DNA of 64,000 nucleotides. Origin: Burkholderiales bacterium. GTDB lineage: Bacteria > Pseudomonadota > Gammaproteobacteria > Burkholderiales > SG8-39. Positions 7,676 to 16,701 of the stretch are shown here, one piece after another. The position numbers and the translations under genes are program-made. The stretch covers positions 60,613-124,612 of the forward strand of contig DATBQR010000121.1 in the NCBI GenBank assembly GCA_036560705.1, in the 5' to 3' direction. Below the pieces are notes generated by a model. The model saw nothing but the letters and a program-made list of their open reading frames with translations, did not search any database and was not told the origin of the DNA. The stretch's first letter is position 1. Every line of letters starts with the position of its first letter.

Positions 7676-8197
7676 ATGGGAATGAAAATCAAAAGTCAGC
7701 AGGATTTCTGGGCTGGGCTGATGTTCATTGCATTCGGCCTGTTTTTCGTCGTGTTTTCGGTCGGCACCCCGGAATTTCTCGACAATCTCCTCGGCACCAG
7801 GCTCATCCACGGCTACCAGATGGGCAGCGCGGTGCGCATGGGACCGGCCTACTTCCCGGTCATGCTCGGCGGCCTGCTGGCGGTCCTCGGCGCGATCGTG
7901 CTGGTGGATTCCCTGGTCGAGGAAGGGCCGGCGATAGCGGCGTTCCACTTCCGGCCGCTGATCTTCATCGCCATATCCAGCCTCGCCTTCGCCTATCTGC
8001 TCAAGCCGCTCGGCCTGGTGGTCGCTTCGGTGGCCCTGGTGTTCATCAGCGCCTACGGCGGGCATGAATTCAAGTGGAAGGAAGTGGCGATCGTCAGCGC
8101 GGTGCTGGTCGTCGGTTCGGTGCTGGTGTTCGTGAAAGGGCTGTTGTTGCCTTTCCCGGTCTGCCCGGACTTCATCAATAACTGTCCGATCCGCTAG
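7676..8197 (+). CDS. tctB: tripartite tricarboxylate transporter small subunit TctB
   Basis: 173 aa, 4-5 TM helices, immediately upstream of tctA. N-terminus QQDFWAGLMFIAFGLFF is TctB-like. Confidence 0.75.
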   Translation: MGMKIKSQQDFWAGLMFIAFGLFFVVFSVGTPEFLDNLLGTRLIHGYQMGSAVRMGPAYFPVMLGGLLAVLGAIVLVDSLVEEGPAIAAFHFRPLIFIAISSLAFAYLLKPLGLVVASVALVFISAYGGHEFKWKEVAIVSAVLVVGSVLVFVKGLLLPFPVCPDFINNCPIR

Positions 8198-8205
8198 GGG
8201 ACGCC

Positions 8206-9765
8206 ATGGACGGCATCTGGCACAACCTGGGAATCGGCTTCATCGAAGTCTTCAAGCTGCAACCCGTCACCATGTGGGGGATGACGCTGCAGCACGTGCC
8301 CTTCAACATCATCATGTGCCTGATCGGCGTGTTCCTCGGCACGCTGATCGGCGTGCTGCCCGGTATCGGCCCGGTGGCGACCATCGCCATGCTCCTGCCG
8401 GTCACCTTCAGCCTGTCGCCGATCGCTGCGCTGATCATGCTCGCTGGCATCTACTACGGCGCGCAGTACGGAGGTTCGACCACGGCCATCCTGGTCAACA
8501 TCCCGGGCGAATCCTCGTCGGTGGTCACCTGCCTGGACGGCTATCAGATGGCTCGTCAGGGGCGTGCAGGTCCTGCGCTCGCGACCGCGGCCCTGGGTTC
8601 GTTCTTTGCCGGCTGCGTCTCGACGCTGGTGGTGGCGATGTTCGCGCCCCCGCTCGCCGAAGTGGCGCTGAAATTCGGGCCTGCGGAATACTTCTCGCTG
8701 ATGGTGCTGGGCCTGGTGTCCGCGGTGGTGCTCGCGCACGGCTCTCTCATCAAGGCGATCGCGATGGTGATCCTCGGGCTGCTGCTGGGCCTGGTGGGCA
8801 CCGACGTCAATTCGGGCGTGCTGCGCTTCGCCTTCGGCATCTCGGAGCTGGCCGACGGCATCGGTTTCGTGACCGTCGCCATGGGCATGTTCGGCATCTG
8901 CGAGATCATCGCCAATCTCGAGCAGAAAGAGCAACGCGAAGTCTTCACCAAGAGCGTCGGCCGGCTGATGCCGACCAAGGAAGACTTCAGGCGCATGATC
9001 GCCCCGGTGCTGCGCGGCACCGCGCTCGGCTCCGCGCTCGGCATCCTGCCGGGCGGCGGCGCGCTGCTCGCCTCCTTCGGCGCCTATACGCTGGAGAAGA
9101 AGATCTCCAAGTATTCGCACGAATTCGGCAAGGGTGCGATCGAAGGCGTGGCCGCGCCCGAGTCCGCCAACAACGCCGGCGCGCAAACCTCCTTCATCCC
9201 GCTGCTTACGCTCGGCATTCCCTCCAACGCGGTGATGGCCCTGATGATCGGCGCCATGATGATCCAGGGCATCGCGCCCGGGCCGCAGGTGATGACCGAG
9301 AGGCCGCAGCTCTTCTGGGGCATGATCGCCTCGATGTGGGTCGGCAACCTGATGCTGGTGATCCTCAACCTGCCGCTCATCGGCATCTGGATCAAGCTGC
9401 TGACGGTGCCGTACCGGATTCTCTATCCGTCGATCCTGCTGTTCATGGCGATCGGCGTGTTCAGCATCTCGAACCAGCCCTTCGACTGCTTCCTGATGGC
9501 CTGTTTCGGCCTGCTCGGCTATGTCTGCGCCAAGCTCGGCTGCGAGCCGGCGCCGCTGATCCTCGGCTTCATCCTCGGGCCGCTCATGGAGGAAAACCTG
9601 CGGCGCGCGATGCTGCTGTCGCGGGGCGATCCCTGGGTGTTCATCAGTCCCTCGAAGCCGATCAGCATGGGCTTCCTCATCGCCGCGATCGCGCTGCTGG
9701 TGATCATCGCGCTGCCCACGCTGCGCGCGAAGCGCGAAGAGGCGTTCGCGGCCGAAGATACCTGA
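8206..9765 (+). CDS. tctA: tripartite tricarboxylate transporter permease TctA
   Basis: 519 aa polytopic protein. GIGPVATIAMLLPVTF, YYGAQYGGSTTAILVNIPGE and APESANNAGAQTSFIPLLTLGIP are TctA hallmarks. Confidence 0.9.
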   Translation: MDGIWHNLGIGFIEVFKLQPVTMWGMTLQHVPFNIIMCLIGVFLGTLIGVLPGIGPVATIAMLLPVTFSLSPIAALIMLAGIYYGAQYGGSTTAILVNIPGESSSVVTCLDGYQMARQGRAGPALATAALGSFFAGCVSTLVVAMFAPPLAEVALKFGPAEYFSLMVLGLVSAVVLAHGSLIKAIAMVILGLLLGLVGTDVNSGVLRFAFGISELADGIGFVTVAMGMFGICEIIANLEQKEQREVFTKSVGRLMPTKEDFRRMIAPVLRGTALGSALGILPGGGALLASFGAYTLEKKISKYSHEFGKGAIEGVAAPESANNAGAQTSFIPLLTLGIPSNAVMALMIGAMMIQGIAPGPQVMTERPQLFWGMIASMWVGNLMLVILNLPLIGIWIKLLTVPYRILYPSILLFMAIGVFSISNQPFDCFLMACFGLLGYVCAKLGCEPAPLILGFILGPLMEENLRRAMLLSRGDPWVFISPSKPISMGFLIAAIALLVIIALPTLRAKREEAFAAEDT

Positions 9766-9787
9766 GCTTCGCAACGCGGCTGCGCTG

Positions 9788-10747
9788 ATGCGGCTTCTGG
9801 TACTACTGGCGCTCGCCGCCGCAGCGCCTTTCGCGGCGGCGCAGGCCTGGCCCGCGCGGCCTATCCGGCTGGTCGTTCCTTACGCACCAGGCGGCCCGCT
9901 GGATATCTCCGCCCGCCTGATATCGGCCAAACTGCAGGAGTCGCTCGGGCAGGCCGTGGTGCCCGACAACAGGCCCGGCGCCGGCGGCAATATCGGCGTG
10001 GACCTGGTCGCCAAAAGCCCGCCCGACGGCTACACGCTCGTCATCAGCGCGATCGCCACGCTGGCCATCAACCCGTCGCTCTATTCCGCCCTCCCTTACG
10101 ATCCCATCCATGACTTGCGGCATGTGACGCTGCTGGTGCAGGTCCCCAACGTCCTTATCGTCAGCAACGACCTGCCGGCGAAAAACGTGCAGGAGCTCAT
10201 CGCGCTCGCTCGCTCGCGCCCCGGCAAGCTCGATTTCGGCTCCGGCTCCACCGGCTCTACCGGCCATCTCGCCGGCGAGATGTTCAAGATGATGACCGGC
10301 ACGTTCATGGTCCACATCCCCTACAAGGGTTCGGCGCCGGCCATGGCGGACATGATGGCGGGGCGCATCAACCTGATGTTCGACAACCTGGCGAGCGCGC
10401 TGCCCAACATCAAGGCGGGCAAGGTGCGGGCGCTCGCGACGACGACGCGCACGCGCTCGAGCTTTCTGCCCGACCTGCCGACGCTGGACGAAGCGGGACT
10501 GAAGGGCTTCGACATGACCACCTGGTGGGGCGTGTCGGCGCCGGCGAAGACGCCGCAGCCGGTGGTGGACCGCCTCTCGACGGAGATCCTGAAGGCGATG
10601 GATTCGCCCGACCTGAAGGAGCGGCTCCACAACATGGGTTCGGATGCGCCGGCGATCCGCACGCCCGACCAATTCGCGGCGTTTGTCGCCGCCGAACTGA
10701 AAACCTACACCGAATTGGTCAAGCGCTCGGGCGCGAAGGCCGACTAG
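9788..10747 (+). CDS. tctC: Bug/TctC-family periplasmic substrate-binding protein
   Basis: Signal peptide followed by WPARPIRLVVPYAPGGPLD, ~320 aa, typical Bug-family fold signature. Follows tctBA. Confidence 0.85.
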   Translation: MRLLVLLALAAAAPFAAAQAWPARPIRLVVPYAPGGPLDISARLISAKLQESLGQAVVPDNRPGAGGNIGVDLVAKSPPDGYTLVISAIATLAINPSLYSALPYDPIHDLRHVTLLVQVPNVLIVSNDLPAKNVQELIALARSRPGKLDFGSGSTGSTGHLAGEMFKMMTGTFMVHIPYKGSAPAMADMMAGRINLMFDNLASALPNIKAGKVRALATTTRTRSSFLPDLPTLDEAGLKGFDMTTWWGVSAPAKTPQPVVDRLSTEILKAMDSPDLKERLHNMGSDAPAIRTPDQFAAFVAAELKTYTELVKRSGAKAD

Positions 10748-11130
10748 ATCACCGCGATGGTTTGTACCTCGACCAGGAACTGTTCCTGGACGAGGCGGTC
10801 GATGATCAGCAGGGTGTTCGGCGGGTACTTGCCGTCCGGGAACATGCGCGGAAATTCGCGCAGGCGCCAGGCCATGAATTTCGGGATGTCCTGCGAATGC
10901 ACCAGGTAGGTGGTGAACTGCGCCACATTGCCCCAGCCCGCCCCCGCGAACTTCAGCGCGATCTCGATCTGCCGGAAGGCGCCGCTGCACTGCGCGTCGA
11001 AATCCTCTCCCGCGGCGAGCATGCCGGCGATGTAGAGCGTCTCCCGGTGTCCCGCGACGCGCGCCATGTGGGAATACTGGCCGAGCGGCTGGCCGAGCGC
11101 CTCGACGTTCTGGATCTTGATTTCCGCCAT
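10744..11130 (-). CDS. RidA/YjgF/Rid-family protein
   Basis: 128 aa. YSHMARVAGHRETLYIAGM and the C-terminal LVEVQTIAV fit the Rid fold. ATG 11130 preferred over GTG 11136 because GGAGG lies 9 nt upstream. Confidence 0.7.
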   Translation of the reverse strand: MAEIKIQNVEALGQPLGQYSHMARVAGHRETLYIAGMLAAGEDFDAQCSGAFRQIEIALKFAGAGWGNVAQFTTYLVHSQDIPKFMAWRLREFPRMFPDGKYPPNTLLIIDRLVQEQFLVEVQTIAVI

Positions 11131-11132
11131 GC

Positions 11133-11555
11133 TCACTTGCCTCCGTTCTTGGGCTTGCCGCGGCCGGCGATCTGCGCCTTCACCGTGGCGACCAGCGAAT
11201 TGCGCTCCACCGGCTTGACCACGTAGGCGTTCGCGCCCGCCTTCATGCAGCGGTCCTGGGTCGCCTTGTCCGACAGCACCGAAACGATGATGACCGGCGT
11301 CGCCACGTTGGGCGAGGCGCGGCGGATCTCCCTGAGGACCTCGTAGCCGCCCACTCCCGGCATCAGCAGGTCCAGCAGGATCGCGTCGTAGGCGTAGTTG
11401 CCCGCCAGCCGCAGCGCCTGCTCGCAGGTGCCGGCAAGCGTCACCTCGGCCTTGAGCACGCTGGCGAGGATCCTGGCGAGGAACAGGCGCATCGATTCCT
11501 CGTCGTCCGCGATCAGCACGCGGTGGCGCGTCGCCCTGCCATTTGCCTGGCTCAA
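11133..11555 (-). CDS. single-domain CheY-like response regulator
   Basis: RVLIADDEESMRLFL...AILLDLLMPGVGGYE...PVIIVSV...GANAYVVKP gives the complete receiver signature (DD, D, S/T, K) with no output domain. A TTG start at 11555 is required to keep the DD pocket, and it overlaps the upstream stop (TTGA). Confidence 0.8.
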   Translation of the reverse strand: MSQANGRATRHRVLIADDEESMRLFLARILASVLKAEVTLAGTCEQALRLAGNYAYDAILLDLLMPGVGGYEVLREIRRASPNVATPVIIVSVLSDKATQDRCMKAGANAYVVKPVERNSLVATVKAQIAGRGKPKNGGK

Positions 11556-12271
11556 ACCGGCATCCTTCGCGCGAGGTCGATGAAATCCTTCGCGTTGAAA
11601 TCGAAATCGGCTTCCGCTTTCAGGTCGGGTTTTACCTTCGGGCCCTTCTCGCGCGGCCGCCGCACGAACGCGGCCGCCAGGCCGCAGGCCTGCGCCGCGC
11701 GCAGATCGTCCTTGTGGGCGGCGACCAGCATGACCTCGGCGGGCTCGAAACCGAGCATCGCCGCGGCGCCGAGATAGGCTTCCGGGTCCGGCTTGTAGTG
11801 GCGGAACAACTCCGCCGACAACACGCAATCCCAGGGCAGGCGCGCGTGCTTGGCCATGTTCACGAGCAGCGCCATGTTGCCGTTCGAGAGCGTGGCGATG
11901 ACATGCCGGCGCTTGAGCAGGGCCAGGCCGCGCCGTGCATCCGGCCAGGGGTCCAGCCGGTGCCAGACGCGGTTCAGATGGTCGATTTCGTCCTCGGTGA
12001 GCCCTTCGATGGCGAAGCGCGCGAGCAGCTCATCCAGGATCATACGGTGCAGCTGGTCGATGTTCATCCAGGGCAGCTCGCCCGAACGCACGCGCGCCAT
12101 CGCCGGCCGGTAGCCGGCGCGCCAGGCGTCGGCGAAGGCGTCCCAGTCGACGGCGAGTTTTTTCCGGCGGCCGAGCGCGCGGCATTCACGGATGATCGAA
12201 CCGCGCCAGTCCACGACCGTGCCGAAAACGTCGAATATCAGGGCGCGGATCGCGCGGGGACGGGCAGGCAT
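11552..12271 (-). CDS. HAD-superfamily hydrolase, type II haloacid dehalogenase-like
   Basis: LIFDVFGTVVDW (motif I), TLSNGN (motif II) and KPDPEAY...VAAHKDD (motifs III/IV). Confidence 0.75.
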   Translation of the reverse strand: MPARPRAIRALIFDVFGTVVDWRGSIIRECRALGRRKKLAVDWDAFADAWRAGYRPAMARVRSGELPWMNIDQLHRMILDELLARFAIEGLTEDEIDHLNRVWHRLDPWPDARRGLALLKRRHVIATLSNGNMALLVNMAKHARLPWDCVLSAELFRHYKPDPEAYLGAAAMLGFEPAEVMLVAAHKDDLRAAQACGLAAAFVRRPREKGPKVKPDLKAEADFDFNAKDFIDLARRMPV

Positions 12272-12302
12272 GGGCCGATTCTAACGCCCGCCGGCCTCGT
12301 TC

Positions 12303-12980
12303 TTACTGCAACTGGATGGTCCCGGACACCGTGATAAGGATGCGCGTGCTGCCGGGCTCCACCGCCGGTTGCGCCAGGGGCGCCGACGACATGGCGCGCG
12401 CCGCTATCGCGAAGACGGGGCGGGGCGGGGCGCCGCCGGGTGAAATCTGCAGGTCGCGTACCCGGTAGCCCTTCGCCTTCATTGCGTCCCGCACCACGCG
12501 TGCGCGTTCCTCGAAGGCCGCCAGCGCCTCGGCGATCAACGCGTTTTCCGCCTTGCGCCGCGTCTCGCCGGATACGGACAGCGTCAATCCGGTCACTACC
12601 AGACTCGCCTGCAGCTTGCCGATCAATTCGGTCGCAGCGGTGAAATCCGCCGATTCGAGGCGCAGTTCCTGGCGCACCCGCCAGCGCACGACGCGATTTT
12701 TGTCGTACACCGGCATGCTCTGGTACCCGGCCGACTGGGTTTTTACGGTCTTGTAGGCAAGCGCGCCCGCAATCGCGCTCTGCATCGAGCGGTTGACGCC
12801 GTCGGCGAGCTGCGCCGGATCGGCGCCTTCCGCCTCGGCTGCCAGCGTCGCGGTGAGCAGGTCGTTCGGTATTTCGCGCTCCGCCTGGGCGCTCAGGCTG
12901 ACGAGATTGAACGGCGTCTCCGGCGCCTGCGCCGCGGCGGCCAGCGGCGCGAGGAGCAGGGCAAGGATGAAGCTGCGCAT
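12303..12980 (-). CDS. SIMPL/DUF541-domain periplasmic protein (YggE-like)
   Basis: Internal ATG 12980 of track ORF 12303..13625. Signal peptide MRSFILALLLAPLAAAAQA. Repeat-like beta-rich body resembles SIMPL family proteins. Its start overlaps the anti-sigma stop (TGATG). Confidence 0.65.
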   Translation of the reverse strand: MRSFILALLLAPLAAAAQAPETPFNLVSLSAQAEREIPNDLLTATLAAEAEGADPAQLADGVNRSMQSAIAGALAYKTVKTQSAGYQSMPVYDKNRVVRWRVRQELRLESADFTAATELIGKLQASLVVTGLTLSVSGETRRKAENALIAEALAAFEERARVVRDAMKAKGYRVRDLQISPGGAPPRPVFAIAARAMSSAPLAQPAVEPGSTRILITVSGTIQLQ

Positions 12981-13720
12981 CACCAGTATTTTACGCAGGG
13001 CCCGCTGTAGAGCACCGGGCCGGTTGGCGCGCCGGTGGGCGAGCCGCCCGCGGGTTCCAGGCTGACCGCGAGCGCGGGAATCTCGCCCAGCGATTCGTCG
13101 GCTGCCGCAACCAGCGTGAGCTTGCCTTCCCCCCCTGCCACGAGGCCGAGGGACTTCGGCGCGCCCGACCTGGGCAGCGCCCACAACTCGAGGCTTTTCC
13201 CGGCGACCTGGATCGCGGGATCGAGCGTCCTGAACCAGAGCTGATCGGATTTGCGGCCCGCCGAGACGACCAGCACCGGCTTCTGCGTTTTTGCATCGGA
13301 CAGGATCGCGAGATAGGAGGCGACGATGGTGCCGGCGGGCGACAGCGCCGCCGGGGTCTGCGTCGCTTGCGGCGCCTGCGGCGAGATCAGCAAGGGCGCG
13401 ACGAGTAGCGCCGCCGCCATGCTGCTGGCGGCAAGGCCGAGGTTGCGCCAGAACCCGACGCTGTTCCACAGTCCCTGCGACGGCCCTGCCGGCTGGGCGC
13501 GTTCCCTGATCCTCCGCCAGACATGCGCCGGCGGCGGTACCGGCTGCACCGCGCCGGCCATGGGGGAGAGGCGCGTTTCCCAGCGCGCCACCGCCATCGC
13601 CAGCGCGGCGTCCTCGCGCATCCATCGCTCGAAGCGCCGGCGCGCGGCGCCGCGCAGCGTGCCGAGCGCATACTCGGCGGCGAGGCGTTCGTGCAGCTCC
13701 GGTTTGTTGCGGAAGTTCAC
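12980..13720 (-). CDS. membrane anti-sigma factor (RskA / anti-sigma-K type)
   Basis: GTG start overlaps the sigma stop (GTGA). N-terminal LAAEYALGTL...RRRFERWM anti-sigma domain, one TM helix, and a C-terminal LELWALP...LAVSLEPAGGSPTGAPTGPVL domain as in RskA. Confidence 0.75.
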   Translation of the reverse strand: MNFRNKPELHERLAAEYALGTLRGAARRRFERWMREDAALAMAVARWETRLSPMAGAVQPVPPPAHVWRRIRERAQPAGPSQGLWNSVGFWRNLGLAASSMAAALLVAPLLISPQAPQATQTPAALSPAGTIVASYLAILSDAKTQKPVLVVSAGRKSDQLWFRTLDPAIQVAGKSLELWALPRSGAPKSLGLVAGGEGKLTLVAAADESLGEIPALAVSLEPAGGSPTGAPTGPVLYSGPCVKYW

Positions 13721-14277
13721 GCGGCCTCGAGGCAGGTCTTGAGGCGGATCAGGCCCCGGCGCACCCAGGTCTTCACGGTTCCCAGCGGCTCGCGCAGGTG
13801 GCTGGCCAGCTCCGCGTGCGACAGGCCGTCGTAGAAGGCCAGCATGATCGCCTGGCGCTGCTTGGCGTCCAGTCCCTGCAGGCAGTGGGCGATGCCCGCG
13901 GCTTCCTTGGAGCGCTCGAGTTCGGCCAGCGGACCCGGACGGTCGCTCGCGGTCGCCTCGGCGACGCTGCCATCCGCGTCCGGCACCTCGAACTTCGGCC
14001 GGCGCAGCCAGTCGAGGCAGCGGTTGCGCACGATGCTGGTCATCCAGGTCATGGGCGCGGCGAGCCCCGCCCGGTAGTCCTGCGCGTTGTTCCAGATCCT
14101 CAGGTAGCACTCCTGCAGCACGTCTTCGGCCCAGTCCTCTCGCCTGACTATACGTAGCGCGACGCCAAACAGTTTCGCCGAGGTGAGCTCGTAGAGGCGG
14201 GCAAGGGCTGCCTGGTCGCGCCGGGCGCAGGCGGCCAGGAGCGCAGCCAGCTGCGCGGGGAGCGGGTCGGCGGCCAT
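13717..14277 (-). CDS. ECF (group IV) RNA polymerase sigma factor
   Basis: 186 aa. Region 2 is DVLQECYLRIWNNAQDY...WMTSIVRNRCLDWLRR. Region 4 HTH is LSHAELASHLREPLGTVKTWVRRGLIRL. Confidence 0.9.
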   Translation of the reverse strand: MAADPLPAQLAALLAACARRDQAALARLYELTSAKLFGVALRIVRREDWAEDVLQECYLRIWNNAQDYRAGLAAPMTWMTSIVRNRCLDWLRRPKFEVPDADGSVAEATASDRPGPLAELERSKEAAGIAHCLQGLDAKQRQAIMLAFYDGLSHAELASHLREPLGTVKTWVRRGLIRLKTCLEAA

Positions 14278-14278
14278 T

Positions 14279-14845
14279 TCAGGTCTTTTTCTTGCGTTTT
14301 ATGCGCTCGTGCCGCCAGAGCACGTCACCGCGCCCGCCGGCGCGGTTGAGCGCGCGCCCGAGCACGAACAGCAGGTCGGAAAGCCGGTTCAGGTACTGGC
14401 GCGCCCGCTCGCCCACGGGTTCGGCGCGGCCGAGGGCGACCACGCTGCGCTCGGCGCGCCGGCAGACGGTGCGGGAGAGATGGGCGAGCGCGGCGGCGCG
14501 CGTGCCGCCCGGCAGGATGAATTCCTTGAGCGGCGCCAGGTCCTTGTTGCATGCCGCCAGCAGCCCGTCCAGATGCGCTACGTGCGTTTCGGTGACCATG
14601 GTGTGGCCCGGGATGCATATTTCGCCGCCAAGGTCGAACAGGCCGTGCTGCACTTGCAGCAGTGCCGCGCGCAGCTTGGAGGGCATTTTCTCGGCGAGCA
14701 GCACGCCGATGCTCGAATTCAGCTCGTCGATGTCCCCGAGCGCCTGGATGCGGGCCGAGTCCTTCGAGACGCGCCTGCCGTCGCCAAGGCCGGTCTCGCC
14801 CTTGTCGCCGGTGCGCGTGGCGATTTTCGATAGCCGGTTGCCCAT
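14279..14845 (-). CDS. PduO-type ATP:cob(I)alamin adenosyltransferase
   Basis: N-terminus SKIATRTGDKGETGL and ALGDIDELNSSIG...FILPGG...AHLSRTVCRRAER are canonical PduO/MMAB motifs. Its stop lies 1 nt from the sigma-factor start. Confidence 0.88.
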   Translation of the reverse strand: MGNRLSKIATRTGDKGETGLGDGRRVSKDSARIQALGDIDELNSSIGVLLAEKMPSKLRAALLQVQHGLFDLGGEICIPGHTMVTETHVAHLDGLLAACNKDLAPLKEFILPGGTRAAALAHLSRTVCRRAERSVVALGRAEPVGERARQYLNRLSDLLFVLGRALNRAGGRGDVLWRHERIKRKKKT

Positions 14846-14871
14846 GGAAGGGCGGAATTATAGGCGCGCGC

Positions 14872-15228
14872 CTAGGCCTGCAGCACGAGCGCGAACGCGA
14901 TGATTCCCGGGATCGCCTGCACGAAGAGGATGTTGCGGTTTACCGTGGCGCCGCCGAACACGCCGGCGACGACGACGCAGGCCAGGAAGAACACCTTGAT
15001 CTGAACGCCGGGCGCGCCCATCGCCAATCCCCACAGCAGCCCGGCGACCAGGAAGCCGTTGTAGAGGCCCTGGTTCGCGGCGAGTCCCTTCGATGCAGCC
15101 GCGAACTCGGGCGTCAGCTTGAACACCCGCCGCCCGTAGGGCTTGTCCCACAGGAACATTTCGAGGACCAGGAAGTAAAGGTGCAGCAGCGCCACCAGCG
15201 CAATGGCGATATTCGCGGCCGTAGACAT
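14872..15228 (-). CDS. DUF1304 membrane protein
   Basis: 118 aa, 4 TM helices. ALLHLYFLVLEMFLW...LAANQGLYNGFL matches my recollection of DUF1304. Confidence 0.6.
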   Translation of the reverse strand: MSTAANIAIALVALLHLYFLVLEMFLWDKPYGRRVFKLTPEFAAASKGLAANQGLYNGFLVAGLLWGLAMGAPGVQIKVFFLACVVVAGVFGGATVNRNILFVQAIPGIIAFALVLQA

Positions 15229-15270
15229 AGAGGACTCCTTTTAAATCGAGGACAGCTTTTCCGACGCGCA

Positions 15271-16482
15271 CTAGCGGTTCTTTTTGCGGACCTCGCTTTC
15301 GATTTCGCCCCTGGCCAATCGGGTGACGAGCCGGTCGCCGACGGCGACCGCGGAAACGTCCCGCAGGAGCTCGTTTCTGGAATTCAGCGTGACACTGTAG
15401 CCGCGCGCGAGGACCGCGTCGTGGCCGAGGCCTGCAAGGCGTGCGCCGGCGATGTCGAGGCGTCCGCGGAATCCGCCGAAATGCCCCGCGGTGGCTGCGG
15501 CAAGGCGCGCGGCGAGGTGCGTGAGATGCTGCAGCGAGTTGCGCAGCCGTTCGGCGGGGTGCACCAGGCGCCGGGCGAGGGCATCCACGGCCTGCATCGT
15601 GTATTCGATCTGCCTGGCGGTTTCTCTCGAGATTCTCGACGTCGTTTCCGCAATTCTCGCGCGCAGGGCCTCGAGCGAAGGGCTGACCAGCTCGGCCGCC
15701 GCGGTGGGCGTGGGCGCGCGCGCGTCGGCGGCGAAGTCGGCGATGGTGAAGTCCGTCTCGTGGCCGACGCCGCTGACGACCGGAATGCCGGAGGCGCGGA
15801 TCGCGCGGGCGAGCGCCTCCTCGTTGAACTGCCAGAGGTCCTCGATCGAGCCGCCGCCGCGCACCAGCAGCAGCACGTCGCATTCGGCGCGCGCGTTGGC
15901 GGTCGCCAGCACGCGCGCCAGCTTCGCTGCGGCGCCTTCGCCCTGCACGGGAGCGGGATAGACGATCACCGGGATCGAGGGATTGCGGCGCCGCAACGTC
16001 GTCAGCACGTCGCGCAGTGCGGCAGCGGCGAGCGAGGTGACGATGCCGATCTGCCGGGGATGCTCCGGGATCGGCCGCTTGGCATCCGCATCGAACAGGC
16101 CCTCCCGGCCGAGCTTGTCCTTGAGCTTGAGGAAGCGCTCGTAGAGCGGGCCGAGGCCGGCGCGGCGCATCGCTTCGACGCTCAACTGGAAGCGCCCGCG
16201 CGGCTCGTACAGCGTCACCAGCGCCCGGACCTCGACTTGCAGGCCCTCGGCCGGCTCCCAGTCGAGCGCAGCGGCGCGGCTCTTGAACATGACGCAATCG
16301 GCCTGCGCCGTCTGGTCCTTGATCGTGAAATACAGGTGCCCGGAGGCGGCCGGCCGCAGGTTCGAGATCTCGCCCGCCACCCACTGCAGGGGGAAGCGCC
16401 GTTCGAGCAGGTCGCGGGCGCTGCGAACCAGCTGGGAGACGCTGAGGACGGGCGCAGCGGCAGGAGAAAAGTCAAGCTCCAT
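15271..16482 (-). CDS. xseA: exodeoxyribonuclease VII large subunit
   Basis: 403 aa. N-terminal OB-fold region VSQLV...WVAGEISN...[10 protein letters not shown] and the catalytic region [11 protein letters not shown]...[10 protein letters not shown]. Confidence 0.93.
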   Translation of the reverse strand: MELDFSPAAAPVLSVSQLVRSARDLLERRFPLQWVAGEISNLRPAASGHLYFTIKDQTAQADCVMFKSRAAALDWEPAEGLQVEVRALVTLYEPRGRFQLSVEAMRRAGLGPLYERFLKLKDKLGREGLFDADAKRPIPEHPRQIGIVTSLAAAALRDVLTTLRRRNPSIPVIVYPAPVQGEGAAAKLARVLATANARAECDVLLLVRGGGSIEDLWQFNEEALARAIRASGIPVVSGVGHETDFTIADFAADARAPTPTAAAELVSPSLEALRARIAETTSRISRETARQIEYTMQAVDALARRLVHPAERLRNSLQHLTHLAARLAAATAGHFGGFRGRLDIAGARLAGLGHDAVLARGYSVTLNSRNELLRDVSAVAVGDRLVTRLARGEIESEVRKKNR

Positions 16483-16501
16483 GGCGCTGCCGAGACTACA
16501 C

Positions 16502-16510
16502 TAATCCACA
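16502..16510 (+). promoter_or_regulatory. DnaA-box-like 9-mer TAATCCACA
   Basis: 8/9 match to TTATCCACA, 20 bp upstream of the xseA start. Confidence 0.35.
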
Positions 16511-16534
16511 CGCGCGCCGGCTTGTCTGGCGCTT

Positions 16535-16553
16535 CCGCAAGGAATCCTTGCGG
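16535..16553. repeat. perfect 9-1-9 palindrome CCGCAAGGA-A-TCCTTGCGG
   Basis: Read directly from the sequence. Lies in the xseA/exbB divergent intergenic region. Confidence 0.6.
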
Positions 16554-16666
16554 AGCCCCATTCTTATACGTAACGCCATGTTTAAAATACGAAAAGAGCT
16601 GATGAAAATTTAATCGCAACCGTGTAGAACCGCATCGCTAGGCTGACGAGCCCCGCCGTTCAGGGA

Positions 16667-16701
16667 TAATCCACAAACTTATCCACATCTTTTGTGGATA
16701 T
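16667..16701. promoter_or_regulatory. cluster of three DnaA-box 9-mers (two direct, one inverted)
   Basis: TAATCCACA (16667-16675), perfect TTATCCACA (16679-16687) and TGTGGATAT (16693-16701, reverse complement ATATCCACA), with gaps of 3 and 5 bp. The segment GATAATCCACAAACTTATC also matches the 19-bp Fur box at 12/19. Confidence 0.5.
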
